From Podarcis tiliguerta (Eukaryota), in NCBI GenBank assembly GCA_965153285.1, contig OZ229121.1: a stretch of DNA of 64,000 bases; one strand, given 5' to 3'. Shown here one piece after another: positions 44,001-56,000 of the stretch. Numbering within the stretch: the stretch's first letter is position 1; each line of letters opens with the position of its first letter. The notes below the pieces were generated by a model. The model saw nothing but the letters and a program-made list of their open reading frames with translations, was not told the DNA's origin and did not search any database. The translations under genes were made by a program, and so were the position numbers.

Positions 44001-47000
44001 AATCACAGAAGCAACTCTGTTGACAGATTTCTAGGAGATATGCATAGTAGAGACTAGTAAGGAACAAAAGTTTTCAGCACACAGACAAAGTAAACTATAA
44101 GCTCTTCAGCCTATCTTTTTTTAAAAAAAAAAACTTTGTGTGATGATAAGATAACCTCAGAGACAGCGACTTTGCCCAAAGCTACTTGTTGCAGTCTCAA
44201 GGCTAAGCAGAGATAAAAGAGAAAGTTGCATGCACCTATGCACATTTTTATGTTGCAAAACAGGCTAACTTAGGAGTAATTAGGTAAAGGTAAAGGGACC
44301 CCTGACCATTAGGTCCAGTCGTGACCGACTCTGGGGTTGCGGCGCTTATCTCACTCTATAGGCTGAGGGAACCGGCGTTTGACCGCAGACAGCTTCCGGG
44401 TCATGTGGCCAGCATGACTAAGCCACTTCTGGCGAACCAGAGCAGCGCACGGGAACACCGTTTACCTTCCCACCAGAGCAGTACCTATTTATCTACTTGC
44501 ACTTTGATGTGCTTTCGAACTGCTAGATTGGCAGGAGCTGGGACCAGGGAACGGGAGCTCACCCCGTTGTGGGGATTCGAACCGCCAACCTTCTGATCAG
44601 CAAGTCCTAGGCTCTGTGGTTTAACCCACAGCGCCACCTGCGTCCCTACATCATCTACAATTCTTTGGAAAGGTAAGGTTTTTTATCTCCTTCCACTGTA
44701 AAGTCATTTCCAATATATGTGTTCCTAAAGAAGGGTTGTCCAACACGCGGCACACAAGCCACTTGTGGTCCTCAAGGCCTTTCTTGGTGGCCCTTGCTAT
44801 GTATTGAAGCTGCAGGGAACTGGAAGTGACAACATGAAAGCCTTGCCGTAGTTTGCTTGTGACCAGCACAGGCCACTCATCCCAGCTGTGGCTGAGAATC
44901 CACCTTGGGGGCAGGATGAGTAGAGAGCAAGAAGGATGTGGGAGAAAAAAGGAAATGAGGGGAGTAAAAGGAAGTTTCTTCAGCCAAAGTAAGCAATGTC
45001 TTCCTTGCAGAAGATTCTCTCATCCGGAGAGAATCCCTAACTTGAACTAGAGCTAGTGAGTGTGCGCACACATGTGTGCATGTGTTGAATATTTTGGTAG
45101 TGGTGGCAGGGCTGGAAGCGGGAGTGGCAAAGGAGGAGAGAAGGGGAAAGGGGGCAAGAAAGCAATAAAAGCAAAATGGCAGAGCTGCAGTGAGTTGCTC
45201 ATTTTCGCACTCTTTTCCTCTCTCTGACTTGCCCCACCAAGAGCTGGTAATAACTCGCTCGGCTCCTCCCTCTCCCTTCCTCTTTCCTTTCTGGAGTCCT
45301 GCCTGCATCCAGCAACTTCCCTCACACCAGGCAGCCTCCATGATTTTGGGTCACTTTTTAGGTAGGTAGGTAGGTACATAAATGTGTGTATAATAAATAA
45401 TATTAAATATATTGCAAACACTTTATGATATGGAAATTTAATTCAGTGTGCCGCCCCCCCCCAGGTTCTGTGTTGAAGTACTCTTGTGGCCTACTTGGTT
45501 TGAGAGCTTGGACCACCCTGTCCTAAAGCAAGAGTGCTTCTGATCAGACAAGAGATTATAGTCACCTACAAATGTGAAAGACATTCATCCATAACGAAGG
45601 TTGTTAACCTGCACAGGAAGCAAGGCAAGTAAGACTGATATGATACCTTTAGCATATTTGATCTAAAAACTACAGTGCATAATTACAGATTTTCAAAGCT
45701 ACTCTTATTGCGAAGCTGCACAACAGCTAGAAAGTAATAATAGTTTCTTTTAATTCAGATGCCAGCTTTTGTGATCTTTATAACTACATTTTTCAGAGTA
45801 TGATTTTAAAGAACCTGAAGAGTTAGAACAGCATCTTACCCGTCCACGTTGCAATGTTTTTGGTCGTTTTTGCCCTTTGTTGAAAAAGAGTGGCGGCGGT
45901 ACTTTGGCATTAGAACCAGAAATTTGCATCTCCGGGTATATATTGTCTAAATACCACTTAAACGATTTGCAGTTCAACTTTCTTCTCAACTCCACACGAT
46001 CAGTAATATTCCCATAGTTCCTTGTCCGTAATTCTGGTCGCAGAGCAAAATACTGTTCCTATGTCATAGAGAGGAAAGTGTGGTAGGAAGAATTACAGTT
46101 CAGAACAATGATTCTATTTTGAAGTGAGGATGAATACACAGGACTGAAAACAAAACAAGCAAAAAGCCAATTTCTCTGAACTATAAACCAATGCGGTTTG
46201 TACATGCTATAAAGCTACACTTTGAAACTACTGTGCCTATGCAGCCAATAATGACCAAGGGCAGAACCACACATTTTGGGACCTATGTGACCACTGCCAA
46301 AAACAGAATTCCCCATCTGCTTTGTCTCTCATTCCTGGATTCATGACAATCACACTGTGAATGTCCCACTCCCTCAACCAACCAATGAAGTGGTGCAGGA
46401 GTGGGAAACCAATGGGATACAACATCATCATCATCATCACACCCTCATTTCCATAGGTTGACGAGGGGTTAACTGGGTTGGGACAGGCCTCAATCACATG
46501 ACAAAGGCAGGAGCAATGATTTGTGGGGGGTCAGCTCGCTCTATTCAGTTTTTCATAGCAGCTGCAAACTGTGTCCATTTTAAAAAATCTGAAGATAATT
46601 GTCTATCTCCCACCCTGGCTCAAAACGTGTGTGTAAGTAAGAATGTGAAGATAAATAGTGAACATATAACCTAAGTTAGAAAACATAAATGCAGACCCCA
46701 AAGGGCTGGGCCCCAGTTACCCCCTCGTAACCGACGAAACCTATGCTTCAGGTAGGACCAATTTTGTTCTGATTCACTGTTTTACTACATGTCACCAAGG
46801 AAAGAATAGCAGAAGATGTAGAACTGCTGGTTTCTGCACAGAGATCATCCAGCAGCATTTGGTAAAATCAGGATGGAATTCCACCAGTTTCCCTTCAGTA
46901 AAATTGAGAATGTTTAATGTTTTATATTTCATTTCCATCACTTACGCCTCTGGATTGGATTTCTTTAATCTTCGCTACTGCAATTATCAATGCATTTCTA

Positions 47001-50000
47001 AACTTTTGTTACAACTCAGAACCTATATTGAAGGTTCTGATACCACACAAAAAGTAGAAGATGAAAAAACTACCACTTTTCAGGAACGGGACCAGAGTTT
47101 CTGAATATCCATCCCTGCTGTGACCACCAAGGCACCCAGATACATCCACCTTTTGCTATGGCTTGTAATTCTACAGTAGTGGCCATCTTGCCTTATATTC
47201 ATCCATCCACACATGAGCTAGCCGTAGAGAGTTGTGCGCCATGGTGTCCTGCCCGCCTGGGGAGCCATAAGGTCGCCTTTTACGAAAGATGTGTCCGACT
47301 CTGGAGCATGGGATGATGAGAAGTTTGCCCCCACACATCCAGATCTGCTCAGAAACAGAAGTAATAAAACAAAGGATAATTACTCAAGGAAGGTCATATT
47401 AAGCATAGGTGTGGTTTCTGAAGATGCTGAGACTATTTAACATAGTTAGAAAGGATTACAGCTGATAGAAGCTATAACTTCTAGATCAGGGTTTCCCAAA
47501 CTTTGGTCTTCAGCTCTTTTGGGACTACAATTCCCATCATGCCTGACCACTAGTCCTGCTAGCTGGAGGTGATGAAAGTTGTGATACAAAAAAGGAAATT
47601 TATTTTTCAGAAAAATCAACTATCTGGTCTGACCAGAAAATATTCCCGACACCTAGTTTAGAAAAACTTTCAACATTCACAGAACTGCTCTGCAAAATTA
47701 AAGAAAATTACTGCGCAACCATAGTGTGTAAAGAAATGCGATTCAATCATTGTCCTCGTCCAAGAAAAAAGGTTATAGTCTACAAAAATAGCATACATAC
47801 CCGAAATGATATTTCCAGGTTTTCCCCTCCCCAGATGTCCATGCCGCTATCATATTGTCCAAGTTCATTGAAATATTCTCTGTCCATTGCAAACAAGCCG
47901 CCTGCCATTGTAGGTGACCTAAAAGAAAGTAAGTGTTTTCCAAAGCTATACCTACCAATGATGGGAGGGGGGGTGCTGAAGTCACACAAAATTTACAGAG
48001 GATTGATGTGAGGTACGTATGGTTATGAATCAAATGTGGAAGTCCAGCAGCAGGGGGGAAATTGGAATACTGGCCAATCAATTAGATATTTAAAAGACTA
48101 ACAGAGTGGGAATAGAAACTCACAGATCCAAACACCGGCCCCTAATTTTTTTAAAAAAATGGTGACAAGGTGGTGTTGAGCATCATTTCTACTCAAGGAA
48201 ACTTTGAAAGTCTGCAGAAAGACAGTGCATACCACTCGGGAGGCAGGTAATGGCTTTTAGGAAGTTATTCTGGATCCCCAATTCTGATTTTTTAGCGTGT
48301 AATTTTTATTAATTTTAAGTTTACTGATTGTTTTATTGTTGTGTGCCATCCTGAGAGGCCCTTATGGCTACATGGAAGGGCATAGATTCAATGAAGTAAT
48401 TGAAGGAGTCTGCCACTTTTTCTACTGTATGATAAGCATTGTTCTTCCCTTACCCTCCCTCATTTGTGACACATCTCTTAGGCTTTTGTACAAGGTCTTA
48501 AGGACCTTTACTTACCAATTGTTCCCATGACAGGTTACAAATTAAAGCAAGAGTCACCAACTTGGTGCAGAATTTGGTGGCCAGGTTGCTCACTGTTACA
48601 ATACGGTTTGAACATATAATGCCAATCCTTGCCTGACTGCACTGGCTGCCCATTAGCTTCTTGGCTCAATTCAAAGTACTGGTTTTGACTTCTAATTTTG
48701 CGTTATGGCACACTTCCTGTGTCAGCCACCAGCACTCTCTCAAAATTCTAAACGTACCCACTAGTGCAAAACATTTGGGAACCCTTGAATTAAAGGCTTG
48801 CCAAACTTGGAATGAACAGCATTTATGGATAAGTCATTTATTACCGTATTTTTCGCCCTATAGGATGCACTTTTTCCCCTCCAAAAAATGAAGGGGAAAT
48901 CTGTGTGCGTCCTATGGGGTGAATGCAGGCTTTCGCTGAAGCTTGGAGAGCGAGAGGGGTCGGTGCGCACCGACCCCTCACGCTCTCCAGGCTTCAGGAA
49001 GCTATCAGCAAGCCTGGGGAGCCCGCGGGAATTCCCGCAGGGCTCCCTAGGCTGTGGATAGCAGCCTGCTGCACGGAGCACGGGGCCCCGCGCTTCGGGC
49101 AGACATCGGGCAGCCCCACAAGCTCGGGGGGCAGCGGGGAAGCGGAGCGCCGCCATCCCGCTGTTCCCTGACCTGGTTTGGATTCCCCGACCTGGTTTTG
49201 GGGGGGAAATAAAGGCAATTTTTTTCCCTTTATTCCCCCCCCAAAAAAAAAACCTAGGTGCGTCCTATGGGCCGGTGCATCCTATGGGACGAAAAATACG
49301 GTATATGTTGATATCAACTCATTAACAGCTTTGCTGAAATTCTGGTTTCAACTTTTCTGTTAAAAATTAGATGTTGAAAGAGATTTCTCCAAAGAAAATT
49401 ATTGACATTTGCTAGTACAGCTCATTGCATCAATTGGCTATCCCTTTTCTTCATTCTTCTTTTCAGTTTAAGTGTTCACACCTAAAGATGAGTGTTGAAG
49501 CAGTTGTATCCCACTTTTTTTTATCTTCCCCTTCCTTGAAGGAGCACATGGTTGCATATACGGTACTCCCTTCATAATATGGTATGTTCTTTAGCATATG
49601 GTACTTAGAGAAGGTATCTTACTACATAGCATATTATGTAGCAGCTTTGCTGCTAGCTTATTGTCTTTGTTTACATCAAGTTGTCTTTAAATGAAATATT
49701 GTTTTATTGTATTTTAATGTTTCTCACTCTGTGTGAACAATGCAGTGTGGGTTATAATATAAATAAATCTTACTTGATTGGAGAAGTGGCTCCCTCAGGG
49801 CCTTCCAGTTCTGACAAAGGAACAAGATCCCATTTAAAGTGCAGACCCCAGTTGAACCCTCCACGGACAACTGGGGAAGAGCTGTAGGTAAGCGTGTCAG
49901 CGCTAATTATATCAATGACAGGACAAACCACTGTTTTCCGTGATTCCTGGATGGGTGTCAGCAAAGGTTGCAACCACAGCTCATTCACCTCACAGTGACT

Positions 50001-53000
50001 GTCCAGAAACACAAGTACCTTCCCTGAGAAAAAAGAAGCACAATAAGAACAGAGAACAAAAAGCAAGGCAATCAGAGTCAGAGTTACATATTTTCATTAT
50101 TCTAGACATATTCCACTGTAGCAGAGAGACGAAAACAATATGAAACACAGCAGCGTGATGGGGAAATCTCAAGTACTTGCTACATCCAGGTAATTCCACT
50201 TTTCTTTCTTTTAAAAAGGCAGAACTCTATCACACTACAGTTGGGATGGATTATCTCATGATTACTTTTTGAGGGATTCCCCCATCTATGTGGCTATATA
50301 CAAGAATTGGGCCTTTCAAACTTCAGTTGGGTGTGTGTGTGATTCTTTACTTATTCTATTAACAAACCCCAACTTCCACTCCAATGGTTTTCCTAAACTC
50401 GTACTGCAACCACCATATAATATCACTTATCCCGTTTGAACGCTTAACTTATCAACAGCCCTGGTAACTGGGATATAGACATGGTGCAAAGCCTGACAGA
50501 TAACTACAATATTTTACAAAAATATTAATGTTTATTTACTACAAGAGTATGTAGTGCACAAGCTTATGTGGTTGCTTTAGCTTAGTACTCTCTCTTTAAA
50601 TAAGTATGCATTTGCTAAGTTGTTACTGCCACTTTAAATATCAACTGCTTATTTTACACTACCATTATTAAACCATGGCAGCTCTGAGGAAGCAGTTAGG
50701 TTACCTTGTTAAAACCCTTTTGCCAGACTGCCCTTGTATCTACACCATCCTGCTTAACCGTGTCCTGGAATCTTCCTCTGACTCTCCACCCGGAATCCAG
50801 AGCCTACCATTCTAAACTGCTTCTCACTTCTTCTACCTCACTGCTGTAGACAGATCCCACCCCTCTCATTCATTTAGCTAAGCCAAGTGACTCACCTACC
50901 GCAGCAAGTCTTTGGCCACCAAACTATGCTGCCTTCCTCTCAGCTCCTCCTCTATAGTCTTCTTCTATGGGCTGTTCCCTATGAACATCAAGCGCCAACC
51001 AACATGGGCTGACTCCTGCCCCACCCCAGGTCTGGCCTTAGCCAATCACATGTCTAACTAGGAATTCTGCACCTGCAGCCAGCAGTTAGATAATGGATAT
51101 ATTCTACCCTTCTATGCATAATGAGCGTTTTATCTCTACCCCCTCTTCAGGTGTCAGTTAAGATCCCCCATGACATTTAAATCAATTTTCACCTGATCAG
51201 ACAGAAGACACCCCCAAACACATTATAATACAAATATCAGAACACATTATAATACTCAATAAAACTTGCCTCAAACAGGATTTCTTCCTGTTCAAGAAAT
51301 CAATTTTAGAATAACTACAAACACACAACTCAAATAGCCACAGACCTTGTCTTGTTGGAAAACACATGGAGTGAGAGGGTGGTGACCTAAATTGTAGCAA
51401 TTATCTGGATACTAATAATGTAATAATAAGTGGGCTAATAGTTTCATTTCTTATATCAAGTACTTTTTCTAGGGAAATTAAGTTACAGCATCCTTCAGAT
51501 TTTGGGGGCGGGGCGGGTGTGGAATCGCCAAGAGTATTATTTATATAACTTGTAACCCACAGCCTTCATCATGAATGCTCTCAGGAGGCTAAAATGATAA
51601 AAACTATACTAATGATCATAAGAGTCATCCATTACAATTATGAGTCATAAACAAGGCCAAGCGGGTAGCCAGTAAAAAAGATGCAATTATGAGTTTTTAA
51701 AAGCCCAATAAAAACTTAGAAGTTATTCCTAAATGAAAGCCAAGGTTGGAAATCAGAAACTCAGGAAATTCCATTCTAAAAAGGCAGTTAGGTGTTCCAA
51801 TTATAGCTATAAATTTTTCCTACTTCACTGGGTATAGCTTAGGGAAGCTATTCACAAGCTGCAGCACTGAGCTCAAATAGTAAAGCTGAACAAGTACTGC
51901 TGCATGTTCGGAACTTCAATGTAATTATACTGCATTAATGTAGATGATTAACACGCATTAATTAGGAGGAGCTTAGATCATCATTACAAATTATAACACA
52001 AGCTTTCCTGATTCAACACTGATTATTGTTCATGCACAATGAGGGCTGATTATAAAGATTATCAAAAAGATACTTTAACCTAATTAAATGTTATAGCCAC
52101 AACAAATCTCTCTGGGGAGATGACTGTGAATCAGTATGAATGGGGTATTTGTAAACAGCTTTAATAAGATGCCTTGTCATAATGGAAACAATTTAACTGC
52201 CAACCAACATGTAGTGAGCTAGGGCCAGATTAGTTAGTCCCTTTTGGGGAAAGAAAGACAAGCCACAGTTGTTTTACTGCATTTCACAAACCCTGGTTTT
52301 CACAACTGGTGCATATTATGGCAAAATAAAAACCTTTTATAACAAGGGGATTGTTATGACATTACTTCCCAGGCTTAATACACTCAAGATTAGAAGCCAA
52401 CCTCAGATTTGCCCCTTCCCTGCTTTCCTCACCATGAGCAGAAGTGGAATGTTCCTGGACAGCAAGAGAGATTCCATTTTTAAGTAAGTTAAAATAGAGA
52501 AGAGATAGCCAACTACACTATTATTGAGTGTCCACCCTATTTTCCAAATGGCGGTTCACTATAGTCTGACCCCTTCACAAGTATTCAGGTTCCATACTGA
52601 TGCTGACAACTACCTACAGAATATTTAACCATCAGGAAATAACAGGAAGAAGCATACATATTAAAATTTGAGACTGTGAAAGAATTATATTTCTTATCTA
52701 CTACCTGTGACTAACAGTGGTATTCTCAGCAACAGACTTTTATTTGCTTTTGAATCCAGGGATGTGCTATGTATTTTGCTGACTTATTTTTTGTTCATTT
52801 TAATGATGTATTTTTAAAAGACATCTGAAGGCAGCCCTGTTTAGGGAAGTTTTTAATGTTTAATGCTGCACTGTGTTTTTAATACAGTGGTACCTAGGGT
52901 TAAGAACTTAATTCGTTCTGGAGGTCCGTTCTTAACCTGAAACTGTTCTTAACCTGAAGCACCACTTTAGCTAATGGGGCCTCCTGCTGCCGCTGCGCCA

Positions 53001-56000
53001 CCGGAGCACGATTTCTGTTCTCATCCTGAAGCAAAGTTCTTAACCCGAGGTACTATTTCAGGGTTAGAGGAGTCTGTAACCTGAAGCGTCTGTAACCCAA
53101 GGTACCACTGTATTCGGCTGGAAGCTGCCCAGAGTGGCTTGGGAAACCCCGCCAGATGGGCGGTGTATAAATTATAAATTAGTAGTAGGAGTAGTGTTGT
53201 TTTGCTTGAAAGCTGATCAAGGAGCATTTACTATGAGAAGTTTCATATTTTTCTTTATACATTAAATGTATTAAAGTCACAAGCAATTTGGACAAACCAT
53301 CATGATTTAGAAGTACTGAACAAACAAAGGGACTACTTGAATTCATAGATATAAAGGACATTACCTGTAGCATGGGAAGCTCCAATCATTCTCCCACGAA
53401 TTAGCCCTTCTCGCTTCTCATTTCTGACTAGCTTTATATTGTTCGGAAGATTTTTTGTTAGGTAAGCATCCAATTCTTCTTTCAGATCAGCTAGAGTAAG
53501 AAAAGGCAAGGGGAGTAAGACGGCATTTAGTAATCTGTCAGTAGTCCAAGTATCCTTAGACTACACTGCACAAAATTAGCATATAATGCAAGAGTCTTTC
53601 ACCTAATTCACTACTGTCATCCACCAAGATAATTTCATGGAGAAGATTAGATGGTGTGCGGTCCAAAACGCTATGCACTGTCCGAAGCAAGGCAGAGAAT
53701 GCTTCATTATAGAAACAAATTATAATGCTAGCATAGGGCAGATCATGAGGATAACTTTTTTCTTTACACCTGCAAGAAAGAAAAAGCACACATGGTTTTC
53801 AAAGAATGTTGCTAATATTTCACGAACATCCCATATAATACCAAAATAGAAGCTGCACCCTCCCTTTTATAATAACCATGCAATATGCGTGTAGCTGTTT
53901 CCCCCACAGAATCTCTTTTACTCATGAGTTTAAGAAACCATATGCCCTGTGAATCACTGGCACCTAAAAAAGGAATCTGGCAATTCAGTTGCTGAGGAAT
54001 ACAGGATTTTGTTTTCTGTAGAGGATGCAGATTTATCCCTCTACTGTGCGTGCTTGTTTGAAGAAACTGAAATCTGCATATTTTACAATTCTTCCTCTGC
54101 ATTACATTTGTCCACTAACTTTTTTTAAAAGATAATGAAAACAGGAAACTTAGGGAACACAGTCATCCTATCTCTAATGCCTCCACAGATAAGTTATTCA
54201 AAATCCAGTCCCTTCCCCACCTCACCCCACTCATTTTCTTCCTTTGCTCCTTCCATTCATAGCCCTTTCTTCACCTTACATTTCGTTCAACCTCCTCCTT
54301 TCCCCATTTAATTTTTCTTTCAGCACTGCAATACCTTTCTAATCCTGATATCCTTCTAACACACATATGAAGCTGCTTTATACAGAGTCAGACCACTGAT
54401 CCATCTCATTCAATATACTCCACACCAACTACAGCAGCATCTCAGACAGGGGTGTTCCCCAGTGCTACCTAGAGGTGGCAGTACTTGATTCAGAGATTTT
54501 CAGCATGCAAAGAATATATGCTCTTTCCCCTTTTAATTCCCTTCTTCCCTACTTTACTGTTCCTTAAAACTTTAAACACTATTCTTTAATTTTTTCCACA
54601 GCTTTTTTCCCTATCCATTTGCATGTCTTTCTAAGACCCAAATATCTTTCCCTTTCTATTTCATTCTTTGCCCCTTGTTCAAGCTATTCCTCATATTCAG
54701 CAATTTCCACGGCTCATTTTTACTTTTATTGACCCCTGTACGTACAAGTAGGGCTTCCTATAATACAGAACCTCTTACAATTCTATAGCTTAGAGAAAAT
54801 ATGTAACAGTATTGATGAAAAAAAAAAAAAGATTGTATATCTAATTTCCAGTTAAGCTTGAGTCCTAGGAATTCTCAATTAAACACTGAATCAAAGGAAA
54901 GCAGGAAAGGGAGCTGTATTTTTCCTTCCTTCTCTCCAATATTGCTTCTAGAAAATTATACAGGTTACTAAGTTTTGCAAAGTATCTTGCAGCCCTGTTC
55001 ACAACCATACTTAAAACACAGAATGATGTCAAGAATGAACTCAATGTTCACTCTATCCTAATAAGGAGATAAAGGCCTTTTAAGTGAGATCTTTGAACCT
55101 ACGCATTACAACAGGATCATGACAAAGCCAAAATCAAAGCTCAAAAAACAAAATATTCAGTGATCAGCAACTATTAGGGCTGTTTCACAAATCTGGATAT
55201 TTAATTTGAAATGAAAAGATTGGTTTCTCAAGGTACACAATATATAGCTGCATTACAAGAGAAAGGAAGACAGCCTTTTGTGCATGCATATGTTAAAAGT
55301 TGGTTCTGAATTTTTAAATTCTGTATGGATAGCAATGCCATACTGATTATCAGATTTTACATTGCAAAGAACTTCACACACAAAGGGCACAATCCAGCCA
55401 AAGTTAAGCACTTTAAGCAACATAAAAATACATATTTGTCTTGCATACTGCACAGCAAGAACCGTCAAGCAATTCTACATGTTATGCATATTTTGCCAAT
55501 GTAAATACAAAAATGAAATTATTTTCAAAACCATGTTATTTCTGAATCACTCCCTTTCTTAATATAATTTCTGGTATGGTCTGAATTTCTTACTTCTCAT
55601 CCTCTCTCATTTCCATCAGCTCTCTATTTGGGGGGAAATATGCTCATTCGACAACTCTGAGGAGACCTTAAATCTGTAGAGGACTGGAAGAAAAATGTTT
55701 ACTTTATGAAAAAACTACGTCACATGTATATCCTTTTTCTTTCTTTAGAAATAGAACCCAGGACAGGGCTATGAAATAGACATTTTTCAGAGTCAAGTTC
55801 TATTGGGTGGAGGGAATAAATCAGCTGCCAGATTTTGGGGGAAGGGCCAAAGCTGCTCTCCCCCCATGAAGAAAATATGGGGGGGGGGAATCCTATGGGA
55901 GAAAGTAAAGTAATACACTTAAGACTGTTGCTGTTCAAGATGTATAGCATGCACTCCACTCACAATATGAAGTGCCCTGGACTCCATCTCAGAGGAGCCA

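Noticed and set aside
48761-49218. Overlapping GC-rich ORFs and possible CpG-island promoter
   Set aside because: The GC-rich part lies within the TA-flanked MITE 48844-49301.
50462-51175. Possible solo LTR (ends TGACA, poly(A) signal on -)
   Set aside because: No clear 5' terminus and no matching TSD.
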